A DNA stretch of 64,000 nt from Massalongia carnosa. Its lineage: Eukaryota. Within the stretch, counting starts at the first letter, position 1; each line of letters begins with the position of its first letter. Shown one piece after another: positions 36,955 to 48,089 of this stretch. A program made the position numbers and the translations under genes. The notes beneath the pieces are model-generated. The model was given only the letters and a program-made list of their open reading frames with translations, was not told where the DNA came from and did no database searches. Location: the NCBI GenBank assembly GCA_965645245.1, contig OZ287079.1, forward strand, positions 372,001-436,000. Reading direction: 5' to 3'.

Positions 36955-39900
36955 CACACGAGGCACGTTGTTAGCATGAAGTTCAAAATTATGCGGTTTT
37001 AATACCACCTGATTCTGATGTTCCAGTCTCACGTCCCCTTCTTTAGGAAGATCTCCTGATCTTCTAGTCAAAGCGTCAGGTTTTCCGCCTAATTTGCCGG
37101 GTCGATACGTGATTTTGAAGTCGAAACGTGAGAGATATTCTGCCCACCGGGCCTGTCGCCTGCTAAGCTGCTTGGTGGTGGTGAAATACTCCAGGTTTTT
37201 ATGATCGGTGATAACTTTAACCGGATATGCAGCTCCTTGAAGTTCTGGTCTCCATTCCTCAAAGGCACGTATTACAGCCAATAATTCTTTATCATAAATC
37301 TCGTAATTGCACTCTGCGGGTGACAAACGTCGCGAGAAAAAGGCTACAGGGCGAAGGACTCCATCGTCATCATACTGTGAAAGGACTCCAGCATTGACAT
37401 AGTCAGAAGAGTCAGTTTCAACTACGCTTTCTTTATCGGGGTCAAAATGCAGCAGAACAATGTCACTGGTGAACATAGCCTTCAGATCCTTGAAGGCCCT
37501 AGCGCAGTCTGCGGTCCATACGAATGGTGTCTTCTTCTTTGACATAGCAGTCAATGGTCCGGCTATACGAGAGAATCCCTTCACAAATCGACGATAGAAA
37601 TTCGCGAATCCTATGAAGGCCTGCACGTCTTTAAGATTCTCGGGGGTGTTCCAATTCTGAATAGTCTCAATTTTCTTAGGGTCCATTCTTATACCATCCT
37701 TGGATATTATCAACCCTAAGTAAATGGTCTCCGTGACGTGGAAGTCGCATTTCGAAATGTCAAGTTGTAATCCGGCCTTTTGTAAGGCCATCAGCACTTT
37801 TTCTCACATGACCCTTGTGTTCTTTCAGGGAATTGCTGTAAATCAATATATCATCGATGTACGCGGTGCAGAAGATGTCTAGATATTCACGAAGCACATC
37901 ATTAATGTACTCCTGAAACGAAGACGGGGCTCCACAGAGTCCAAACGGCATGACAAGATATTCATATAATCCATAGTGTGTTCGAAAGGCAGTCTTCCAT
38001 TCCTCCCCATGGGCTACACGGAGACGGTTGAAGGCCGCGACAATATCCAGCTTAGTAAAGATAACTGCCTTACTCAAGCGGTCCAAGGTTTCTCTGATCA
38101 AAGGTAGGGGGTATCTGTTCTTGATCGTTATCGCATTTAATGCTCTGTAATCAACACAAAAACGCAGGCCTCCGCCTGGTTTTCTAACGAACAACACCGG
38201 GGACGCAGCGGGGGAAGAACTGGACTGAATAAAACCCTTCTTCAGGTTTTCCGTCAGATACTTCTGTAGAACTAACAGTTCATCTCGACTCATGCCATAT
38301 AACGGGCCATACGTGGGTTCCTTTCCATCCATCAACGGAATTTTATGATCATAACTACTTCGCTCTGGAAGTTTATCAGCTTCTTTCTTGGAAAATATGT
38401 CAAGAAATTCATGATATTCCGACGGCAACACTGTAGTGGGATCAACTTCCGGCTTAGGGTTCAAGGCATGTTCAATGTCTCACATGTTCACACTCCTTCT
38501 TCTTCGCTAGACGGGTAAAGGGGGCTGCCCCTATCATACATATGCTCAATGGTGGATTCTTATTGGTCGGCGTCGGAATAAGCGGGAACGGAACGAACGG
38601 GGACGGAACGGGCAAGGTCGCGGGCAAGATAGGCGCGATCGCTGAATTAACGCGCCGATTTAACCGGCCGGGCCTGTCAAATCTAACCACTTCGGGGCTA
38701 GGGTCTTCGGTGATTGCCGCAGTCGAGTCGGGACTAGCGCTACTTTCAACGACGAGGGATTTTTCAGCGCGGAGTTCTGGAACATTGGTTATGCCGATGA
38801 CCGTGTTTGACTCGGAGTTGTCAAGGCAGTGCTGACGACAGTAAGGTGAGTTGAAAGTGAGAGAGTTCGTGGCCCATCGTATGCTGACGTCGTGAATTTG
38901 CAGCCATTTAATGCCGAGAACGATGGGGTAGTGGCCGAGGCTGGTGACGAGGAGGTTAGCGGGTTCGGAATGCGAGGCGATGTCAAGGTTCAAACGGGCG
39001 AGGTGGGTAAGTTTTCCAGACGACACGGGACGACCGTCTGCGAGTTCAAGAATACGGGGTTTCTTCATGGGAGCGAGGGGTATGCGATGGTGGTGCGCGA
39101 ACGAGGAATCAATAAAGGCAAATCCAGATGCTCCACAATCAATCAATGCATAAGTCTTGATTTTGATTGTTCCTATGGAAACAACAAGAGACACAACCAA
39201 ATGCCTTCCATCCAGATCTTCTTCGGATAGAGGTTCTTTGGACAAGGAAAATGCCGAGATCGAAATAGCTTCTTTTTGTCTTCGGCTGCGACTTAGGCCG
39301 AAGACTGAACTTTTCCCTCCTCTTCCGGAGTCACCGTGCTCAATTCATATGTCCTCACTCTAGGTTTCCCTTTGGAGGCTGGGCAGGAATTGGCGAAATG
39401 TCCCGACCCTCCACAGTACATGCATAGTCCTTCGTTCATGCGGCGTGATCTTTCCGCCGGAGTGATGGGACCGCGACGCCTGGAGGTCGACAGGTCCATG
39501 GCATCCGTGTCTGCAGGTGAGGTGGGAGCGGGGCGAGGGGCGAGGGGCGAGGGGCGGGAGTGCTGACGGTGGAAGAGGGTTTAGTAGTCGGAGTAGATGG
39601 AGCGGAGAAAGAGCGAGATGAACCATATGAAAATGGTTTGCGGATGGAGGCCTGGACGGAGCGAAATCGATTGTCGATTTTCTGAAGAATTTGGATGGTG
39701 TCGTCCAACGAGGTGGGTAGGTCCACTGTGATTAGGGCGGATTTTAACTCATCGCTGAGACCGTCCAGAAGAATAGAACGTTTGGCTTCATCGTCGAAGC
39801 CGGTGTCAGGAACAAGGCGTTGATAGTCGGAGAGGTATAAGTAGAACTCTTTGTTCTTTTGTCGAAGCTGTCGCAGTTCCCTTTGTGCAGTTGCTTTTCT

Positions 39901-40690
39901 ATCGGGGTCTCCGAAGGCCAACTGCAATTTGGTATAGAACGCTTCCATATCGGCAAGAGCGATGTTTCCATCTTTTTCCAGGTACGGCTGTAGTTGTTCC
40001 AATGCTCTCTCCTTCAAGCGGCTTAGTGCATAAGCGAGCTTGCTTTGTTCAGTAGGATAGTGGTCCTTGTTGATGTTCAGTTTAATTCGGAGTTGTGTCA
40101 TCCGTCCTCTCAGTTCTGCCTTATCGCCACCAAAGGAAGATGGGTCCGGATGCTTGGTGGAACGGTACGATTTAGACTGCGAGGCATCGGTCAGATTGGT
40201 GCGGAGTTCGTCCATGACTGCTTGTCCAGCGGCCATGGTGATTGCATTCTCGGACAGAGTGGCGTTAGCCTGCTCAAGGGAAGATAATGCGGATGCTTTG
40301 TCAGTCTCTAAGCTGGTGATGATTTCCTGAGCATTGACCGAGAAGTTGGTGACGCGAAGGAGGAAGTCGAGCCATGCCTGTGGCTGTTGCTGTACAGCAG
40401 TGCTAAGTTCGTCGGCGTTGGAAACTGAGGTAGGAGGGTCGAGGTTGATGGACATGATGATGATGATGCACCAGGTGAATAGGCTGGTCGAACGTAGTGT
40501 CACGGTGCGAGGTCAGGTAGGAATTCAGGTGGTGCAAACGTGTTACTTGATTGTCTAGCTAGGTGGACAAGACGTTCGACAAGGAGAAAAGAATCAGAAA
40601 ATCAAACGTGGGCGAGTATAAGACTCTGGCGAACTGAACTAGTCCCAATCCAGCTGTTGATCCAATTTCCCTCAAGTCCCTGGCATGACA
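36955..40690 (-). mobile_element. Ty3/gypsy element (Gypsy-B), truncated before integrase, with several frameshifts
   Basis: 5' LTR 40498-40690 (TGTCA..TGACA); gag 39293-40455 with CMYCGGSGHFANSC; PR LIDCGAS; RT YIDD; RNase H TDHKNL; cut by MULE C. Confidence 0.92.
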
Positions 40691-40839
40691 CTATCGCCAT
40701 GCCACTATTGACGGCCGGAACACTTACCTCTGCCCTAACTGAACCGGATTAAGCTTAGTTCCTTTCGGATCGGCTAGCCGGCTAGTGCTTCGTTCAAGCA
40801 GCTATGGTTGGTTCAATGAACTAACTGGCAGGTGCCCAG

Positions 40840-42350
40840 TCACTCCATGACAATGTATTGTGCTTTATGTATGGGATCAAGAATTTTCTGTACGATGGCC
40901 AGCTTTTTCCAAAACGAGAAGTCGTTGACGAATGTTCCTAAAGTATGACTTCTGCCCTGATCAATGCCTGGAGCTTTTTGCTGAAAATAATCCAAAATTG
41001 CCTGCTTGCTTTTTAGCACCGAGTTCAAAAGGCCTACAGTCGTACCCCATCTGGTCAAAACGTTGAGAATCAGTGATTGACGTTGATAGTATGCCTTTGA
41101 AAGTTATAAATTAGCAATGACGTTTTGATGCCGCATTGAAATTTCATTCCTACTTACCTTCATCTGAAAATTCCATAGAATGGCCAATTCTTTATTCGAT
41201 CCACGAAAAGCTATCACTATCGACTGAGCTTTTTGCATGATGTCTGCATAAAAAGGAAGCTTCAAAATGTCTCCCAAAAGAAGCTGTAAACCGTGACTGT
41301 CGCAAGGAACGAAAAAGACGTGTCTCATCTCAGGAAACTTTCGAATTTCAGACCACATGGCCTTCATAGTAGAGCAAGTATCTATTCCTATACAATTGAC
41401 TCTCCAGAGCTGATTATTGGTCGCTTCTCTACAGCCTTTTATCATCCACTCAGCTTGAACAGCTGCAGTCATCGTCTCAGCGATGCCGGCCATTGCTTTC
41501 AAATGAAAGCCTCCCCCTCGAGAGGTAGCTGATGAAGGGACATGACAACAGAGATTGATAACCCGTTCCTTCTTAACGTTGGCCGTTTCGTCGGTAAAGA
41601 AGTTGAGATAACTGCAGGCATCTAACTGCTGATTTACTTTCAGTTTAACCGTCTCATAGGCGTCGTCCAATAATTTCCCGCCAACGAGCTTATGATGTGG
41701 AGGTTTATATCCAGGATGCAGTGCTTGATGATGAGCAATCACATAGGGATTTTCGAAGTGGTTAAACGGAAGATTGGTCATAAAGACGGACATTGCAGCA
41801 GCGCGATGAGCATGCGCAACTTGGGCTTGATTTAAGGGACGAATCAGGGGGGTGATAGGCAATTGAATCAAAGATTTGCTGCTGCTAGAGGAGGTCTCTT
41901 GCTGTCTTCTTTCTTGCACTTCTTGAAAGGCATTGCATGTCTGCAAATGCTGCTGACCCCTTGTAGCAACTTTGGCAGACTGATATCCGCAATGCGTACA
42001 ACGATGCTAAGGGTATTTTATGCCTTCAATGATGATATCCACGAAATTCTCATCTACCAATGCATTTTTCGGTCGACCGCCAGAATGTCCAGATTGTCGA
42101 GACATGATCAATGTATGTATAGAGATAATAGGAAGGTACCTCAAATTAGGTAGAAATGTCTAGTAATTTCAGGTATTGATCTATGAGAAAGATAAATTTG
42201 ACATGCTTAAGTAATATTATACCAAAAAGACAGGGTCTAAGTCTGCACGTGACGTATAATACGTGTCAGTTGGCCTAACTGACGTATTTTTCCTAGCCCT
42301 ACCTGCGGGATCCGACTAGAAGGCGACCGCTTCTAGTAGGATCCAACAGG
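40840..42350 (-). mobile_element. hAT transposase relic (BED finger plus N-terminal catalytic region), 3'-truncated
   Basis: CTHCGY..HLQTC BED-like finger, FFTDETAN, PCDSHGLQL (CxxH), TRWGT; hairpin at about 42302-42350 upstream. Confidence 0.8.
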
Positions 42351-42996
42351 TAAGCGAGCCGACGATTAATTTGAAAAGATTTAATCGGACACATCTGAGA
42401 TTGTAAAGAAAACGATAAGTTATAGTAGTGAGTTAGCGGAAAAAACCTCAAGAATGATTATTTGTTTTATTGATGTCGGGAACCGATTCTCTTATACATG
42501 TTCTCTGTCAATGTCAACTTGACTAGACCTGAGCGAAGGCTACATCGTCTCTTATGTTACTTCTCTTTCTTCGATTTCTTCAAGTATGAAACGCATCCCT
42601 TTACGTCAACAAATTCGAATACTTTACAGTACGCGTTACAAAAATCCTTCATGTCGTCTCGAGAATCCGTTACTCGAGACAACATTTCGCACGTTGAAGA
42701 GTTTGACTAAACAGTTCGTGAATCATGAAACGACAAGCCGTGTTGATAAAACTAAAACGCCATGACTCCGCAATCGCCCGAAAAAGAGAGAGAGAGAGAG
42801 AGATGCTTTTTCTCTTCTACTGGCCCGAGTGAACGGGGCTGACCGGAAAACCAAAGACGCGGGGTCGGGATGTTTCGACTTCAGTACGTAATGCTATAGT
42901 TATTACAGAAAGACATGAGAACTCCGATTTCTTTTTCAGATCGGAAATCCACTTCCCCCAAATGTACTTCTCACAAATGTGCCATTGCTCGTCGAG

Positions 42997-43991
42997 ATGA
43001 AATCCCATCAGTTCTTTGCTCTTCTTGCTGTCTTGCCCTCGATCATCGCATATGTGCTTCCGCAAGAGTCGCCGGATACGAATCTATATACGGAACCGCT
43101 TGTCCCGATCACTGCCGACTCGGGTAATTTTTCTTCTTCAGAAAACGATCATTATACCTACTCACAGAAATCTAACTCGAGACCTTTACAGCAACTTTTG
43201 ACTTGACCGATGCCAGTCAGCTGTCAGTCAATCCCGCCGTGTCAATCGCCCCCTCAAACGCGATCGTCGAGAACAACCCCTCGCCTAACCCCGACGTGTT
43301 TCCCTTGTTCCCGGATACAGGCCCCATCGCAAGTTACTGTCGGGATAACGGGAAGACTCACCAGATCCGCTCGGAGAAGAAGAAGAAGAAGAAGAGTAGC
43401 CGGACGCCAAAGATGGAAGAAACCAGCGATATAGCCCTGATCGAGTCTGACGAAGAGGAAGTAGATGGCACCAGCAGGGACTCCTGCCCGGCCACGTCGG
43501 TGATATCTCCAGCAAAAAAGCCGCCAACACCGAAGCGGCCGACAACCCCGGAGCTACTCCCCGTACCGGATACTCTCGACACCACCACAGAGGAAGACAA
43601 CCAGGGTTGCAAAGCCGAACATCCCATCCGGCTCTGCTCCAAAGGCGAACCGAACTCGTATTCTCCCGCCACTGGGTATTGGAAACTTGTCTTTGACTGT
43701 TATCACTGTGAGTGATGATGGGCTCTTTGTTCTCTTTTCTTTTCTCTTTTGCTTCACGATCGTGATAATTGTGGGAAAATGGGGTCTGTTAGCTAACGGC
43801 GGGCGATTTTTGCCATTTTGGTCCAGGGACGTCTGGTTGCGCTCCGCAGAAAGACTGGTGTTGTCAGAATTATATGGTAAGTAATGCGCATTCTACTTAG
43901 ACGCTTGATCGAAAATGATGTAACTTGATCGCAGGAGAATCTGCCGTTTACGCCAGGATTGCACTGCAAAAATTATTATATTCAGTTGTGA
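42997..43991 (+). CDS. Secreted Cys-rich protein, paralog 1 (exons 42997-43123, 43192-43707, 43827-43877, 43935-43991)
   Basis: Signal peptide MKSHQFFALLAVLPSIIA; GT-AG introns keep the frame; C-terminus IRLC..DC..GCAPQKDWCCQN..HCKNYYIQL; exon structure is shared with paralog 2. Confidence 0.8.
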
Positions 43992-44028
43992 AATACATCG
44001 GCACTTCGGGAACGCAAGCCCCGGGAGC

Positions 44029-44146
44029 TCAGATAGTCGGTTGCTGGCGTCTTGGCATTGGGGATTTTCTTGATTTTCTTCTGTCGTTTTCATACTTCAT
44101 CTTTCTGATCATCTTTCCTACTCAACTGCAGTGCGCGAGGCACAGG
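44029..44146 (+). repeat. Left arm of a 118-bp inverted repeat (partner 52354-52471)
   Basis: TTTCTTGATTTTCTTCTGTCGTTTTCATACTTCATC...CTGCAGTGCGCGAGGCACAGG matches the reverse complement of the partner. Confidence 0.88.
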
Positions 44147-44214
44147 ACTATTCATTTTACCTACATACATAGCACATACATGACGCTATTCAGACATTGA
44201 TTCATCGAGGCTCT

Positions 44215-44400
44215 GCCCTCTCTAGGAGTCTCTATAGATAATCGCTTGGCCCGATCCAGCTGCTTGTGTCTTCATCAACAGTTTGGTCAAACAGTCTTTC
44301 TGCCCTTTGTCCCTTTCATCCATTTGTGTTTGCTTTAGAAGGTCGTTCCGATGCGTCCCTTTCAATCCTTTCAGACCTCCGTTGATTGCCCCTATGATTG
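44215..44400 (+). repeat. Diverged fragment related to LTR family X
   Basis: CTCTAGGAGTCTCTATAGATAAT...AGTTTGGTCAAACAG resembles about 33268-33430. Confidence 0.6.
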
Positions 44401-44401
44401 C

Positions 44402-45070
44402 TCAAAGGTAGAAGACACTGTTTGGTCAAACTGAACACTTCCGAAGGAAGTATACAAACAGCTGTGTTGAGGCAAGCAATTATATATATAGACTCCTAGT
44501 GTAATAGCGCGGCAATACAGGACTGCGCTAGCTCCTGGGATGACTTAGTTACTCAAGAAGACCGGGTGATTGATAATCCGGATGCTTAGCCATGATAAGG
44601 CGGATAGCAATACCAAGCCATCGGCAATCAGCCTTACCAGTTGGTTAGGCAGCAACTGAAGCTATTCAGATAAGCCTCGATCTCATGGGAGGCCTGGGAC
44701 GCCTAGGAGACCTCAGCTAAAGGCAACAAGGCTATCTGCTAGACCTCAGCTGAAGGCAACAAGGTTATCTGCTAGACCTCAGCTGAAGGCAACAAGGCAG
44801 ACAGGTAAGAGGACAAGTAGTTAGTAAATAGGACCCCAAGGGGTATATAGAGAGCTCGATTTCTACCTTCAAGGAATCAGCTTTTAGCTTTAGCACCTAC
44901 CAATCTATTAGCAGTCACACTGAGCATTATAACCCATAAGGACCAGTGTCTACTGTCCCTCTTATACCTAGAGGGGACTTCCTTTGCTTGTTTCTTTTCT
45001 GCATCTTTGATATTTTCAGTTTTATAGCTTCCTAGTTGATAGCCAATTACATCCTAGTTGAACCGTAACA
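44402..45070 (-). repeat. Truncated LTR family X copy interrupted by another solo LTR
   Basis: Matches about 48997-49190 once 44500-44971 is removed; ends CCGTAACA. Confidence 0.88.
44500..44966. mobile_element. Solo LTR (467 bp) with internal 33-bp tandem repeats
   Basis: TSD CCTAG at 44495-44499 and 44967-44971; ends TGTAA...TTATA (expected terminal CA reads TA). Confidence 0.85.
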
Positions 45071-45201
45071 ATGCCGTAGGGGATTATGCCGTAGGGGATT
45101 ATATGCCGTGGGGGGGTTTTATGCCGTAGGGGATTCTATGCCGTAGGGGAATTTATGCCGTGGGGGATTTTATGCCGTAGAGGATTTTTGCCGTAGGGGA
45201 T
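45071..45201. repeat. G-rich minisatellite, 8 units of ATGCCGTAGGGGATT(N0-3)
   Basis: Directly visible tandem units of 15-18 bp. Confidence 0.92.
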
Positions 45202-45520
45202 GATGATGATGATGATTCTTATTCCGATGTGGTACCGGCCGAAGGCCGGCCCATGCGGGCGAGTCTATCTAGTTGTATAGTACATGGAAAACCTTTTGAG
45301 GAAGAAAAACCATGACCTTCTGTGTCCCGCCGAGGACCCTTACAAATTACCGAAAATAAGACAAATCATGATTAGTGTCAGCTGTATAAATGTTGTGCCG
45401 CCAGCGAAAATTGTGACAACAAACCAGTCTTTATTAGTCGATATTTATTTGTTCCTATCGCATTTAGCAGAGTTTGTCTGTCGTCGTTAAGTCTGCAAAA
45501 CATGATCACATATTTTGCAG
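45202..45520 (-). mobile_element. 5'-truncated Tad-like LINE fragment
   Basis: 14-bp TSD TTGCCGTAGGGGAT at 45188-45201 and 45521-45534; minus strand encodes KTGLLSQFSLA (Tad ORF2-type C-terminus), then a GC hairpin, AATAA and an (ATC)n tail. Confidence 0.8.
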
Positions 45521-45716
45521 TTGCCGTAGGGGATAGTTATTGAATTCCGTTCATATTAATAAGCATTGTATAGATCGGGCTTAGCTTATACGTTAAGTTA
45601 GTATGTAAATAAACATCCCTCTTAGCAGCCGTACCTCAGCTACCAGAAATTTATCAACCTGGCTGGCTTAAAACGTCATCATTTCACACCCTCTTTTAAC
45701 TGAGTTATCAATTGGC

Positions 45717-48089
45717 ATGTCTTCTAGGGCTGAGGTTGAACATCTCACAAAGCTTTTGAAGGAAGCAAATCAACGCGCGGAGGAAGAGCAACAGCGAGCA
45801 GAGGAAGCAGGGCAGCGCGCGGAGGAAGAGCGACAGCGAGCAGAGGAAGCAGGGCAGCGCGCGGAGGAGGCAGTCCTGCGTGCGGAGGGAGCAGAGCGTC
45901 TTCGGGAGAAGGAGCGACAGCGCGCGGAGGAAGCAGGACAGCGCGCGAAGGAAGCAGGACAGCGCGCGGAGGAAGCAGGACAGCGCGCGGAAGAGGCAGC
46001 CTTCCGCACCCGAAAGACAACCTTTGAGGAGTATTTAAAAACTTGCCACGAACGTCTCCACAAACCTCTTTTGATTGAACTAGATAAACGGCTGACAACC
46101 AAGGGCTTTACGAGTGCTAAGAACAAGTTCTATCCCAAAACCTTGAGTCCATGGGAGGGGTTTCCTGAAATAAACCAGCAGCACTTTGATGAGATATGCG
46201 GATTCATTTATCCAGGCGATGAGTCGTCTCCGCGACTTTTTAGTCCGATCTTACATCTTGAAGAGTTAAGCCGCAAAATTCGTAGCCGAAGGCTTGCTAG
46301 TGAATCGGATTTGGAATCATATGAACGCATGGCAGTGGAAGATATGGTGACTGACGTCATCAGTCAGCTCTGTGACGTTGAGCTTGCTCGAGACCGATTT
46401 GAGCTCGGACAGGGAGTGACATTCGAGAATCACATGAACAATCTTCATGACGCTGCGGAAGAGGTTCAGGAGCGTCTAGACATACAAACTCCTCGAGCAA
46501 GACCATCCAAGAGCTCCGACTCCGATTCAGGCGCGAACCCAACTCGCACCCGTGCCAATCAATTCTGTGTCTACAAGAATATGGATGGCATCAAAAATCT
46601 GCTGTTTGTCGTCGAATATAAGCCACCTCACAAACTATCAATTGGCAATCTGAAAGCAGGTTTTCGAGAAATGAAAATTGAGGATATTCTTGGGCAAGCT
46701 ACGATTCCGACGGAGCCCGAGGCCAAACTGCAGTACAACGCTGATCAGTTGGTTTCGGCCGTGGCAACGCAGACATTTCATTACATGATCGAGAACGGAC
46801 TCAAGTATAGGTATATAACGACCGGAGAAGTATTTGTTTTTCTGCACATAAAAAAAAAGGATCCGACCACGCTCTATTATCATCTGACCGTGCCTACCGA
46901 CGACGCTACCTGTGATGCGGAGGATTTTCTGTGCTCCCAAACAGCCATTAGCCAGGTCGCAACCATGTGTCTATTGGCGTTTCGATCCAAACAACGAGAT
47001 CAGCGCTGGCGACAGAACGCCAAAAAGCACCTGAAAGAGTACATAATCGATTACGAGGAGATTCTTTTACGAATACCGGAGACGGAACGAAAGCTGACGC
47101 CATCGATAGCTCACAAAGGCCGATGGAATCTAATCAACAAGCGGTCACCATATTTAACGAGGAGCAGGGCCACATGCAATCCAGACGACATAGATGAAAA
47201 TAACGATGATGAGCAGGATGATCCTGATACACCAAGCGGTCCGAGAAGCGCAACTGTGGGCTATAAGAAAAAGGACACGGACAAAAGGAGCGATATAAAT
47301 CGCGAGGACACCAGTAAGCCAAACAGCGATGGAAGGGGACAGCGCCGGTACTGCACGCAAGCATGTCTGTTGGGTATTGCGAGGAAATCTTCGCTGGATC
47401 AGAAATGCCCAAACGCGCCTCTTCATTGTACACGCGGCAAGCAGCATGCCATTGATCTAGAGGAGTTTGTGAGGCTCGTTCGAGAACAGCTTGCGGAGGA
47501 CCTAGATCACGACTGCGAGCCGCTTGGACTTCAAGGGGCGCGGGGGGCTCTTTTCAAGATTGCATTGACTTCGCACGGCTACGTATTTGTTGGCAAGGGA
47601 ACCGTGCGAGCTTTTGTCCCTGATCTGTTGCACGAGGGTAGAGTTTATCAACAGCTGAAGGATCTTCAAGGGACAGCGGTTCCAGTGTATCTTGGAAACG
47701 TTGACCTCGTGGATTGCTACTATCTTGACGTGGGTGTGAGAATATTGCACATGCTTTTGATGTCTTGGGGAGGGGAGACCATAGCGGAAACGGTGAGTCA
47801 AAATGAGGTTCAACGAACGGTGCGAGAAGTACGACGGGCTGGAATTGATCAACAAGATTTCCGAACAGAAAATATCTTGTGGAATGAGAAAAAGAAGCGC
47901 GCCATGTTGATTGACTTTGAACGAGCGGTATATATTGAACGCTGTGCGTTCGAGGCCAATGCGCTCGCAAACGGAAAAGTGCTGCGAGAAATATCGCCAA
48001 ACACGAAGCGAAAACGAGTAGAGTCTTTAACAAGCAGGCAAGCAGTTGCCACGAGATCAACGATATGGCCGAAACAACGTAGTCGGTGA
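45717..48089 (+). CDS. Spok-family (spore-killer-like) protein: coiled-coil repeats, PD-(D/E)xK nuclease-like domain, Cys cluster, kinase-like domain
   Basis: EEAGQRA heptad repeats; TTFEEYL..CH; VVEYKPPHKL; YCTQACLLG..LDQKCPN..H; GARGALFK..GYVFVGKG; D..TENILW..LIDFER. Confidence 0.82.
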   Translation: MSSRAEVEHLTKLLKEANQRAEEEQQRAEEAGQRAEEERQRAEEAGQRAEEAVLRAEGAERLREKERQRAEEAGQRAKEAGQRAEEAGQRAEEAAFRTRKTTFEEYLKTCHERLHKPLLIELDKRLTTKGFTSAKNKFYPKTLSPWEGFPEINQQHFDEICGFIYPGDESSPRLFSPILHLEELSRKIRSRRLASESDLESYERMAVEDMVTDVISQLCDVELARDRFELGQGVTFENHMNNLHDAAEEVQERLDIQTPRARPSKSSDSDSGANPTRTRANQFCVYKNMDGIKNLLFVVEYKPPHKLSIGNLKAGFREMKIEDILGQATIPTEPEAKLQYNADQLVSAVATQTFHYMIENGLKYRYITTGEVFVFLHIKKKDPTTLYYHLTVPTDDATCDAEDFLCSQTAISQVATMCLLAFRSKQRDQRWRQNAKKHLKEYIIDYEEILLRIPETERKLTPSIAHKGRWNLINKRSPYLTRSRATCNPDDIDENNDDEQDDPDTPSGPRSATVGYKKKDTDKRSDINREDTSKPNSDGRGQRRYCTQACLLGIARKSSLDQKCPNAPLHCTRGKQHAIDLEEFVRLVREQLAEDLDHDCEPLGLQGARGALFKIALTSHGYVFVGKGTVRAFVPDLLHEGRVYQQLKDLQGTAVPVYLGNVDLVDCYYLDVGVRILHMLLMSWGGETIAETVSQNEVQRTVREVRRAGIDQQDFRTENILWNEKKKRAMLIDFERAVYIERCAFEANALANGKVLREISPNTKRKRVESLTSRQAVATRSTIWPKQRSR

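Noticed and set aside
45071..45201. CRISPR-like array
   Set aside because: Units abut with only 0-3 variable bases, there are no unique spacers or cas genes, and the context is eukaryotic
45235..45273. Helitron 3' end (hairpin followed by CTAG-T)
   Set aside because: Better explained as the minus-strand 3' end of a LINE, given the ORF2-like peptide, (ATC)n tail and 14-bp TSD
45745..46126. Antisense ORFs over the Spok-like repeats, and the many other short antisense ORFs in the track
   Set aside because: Shadows of repetitive or GC-rich coding sequence on the opposite strand
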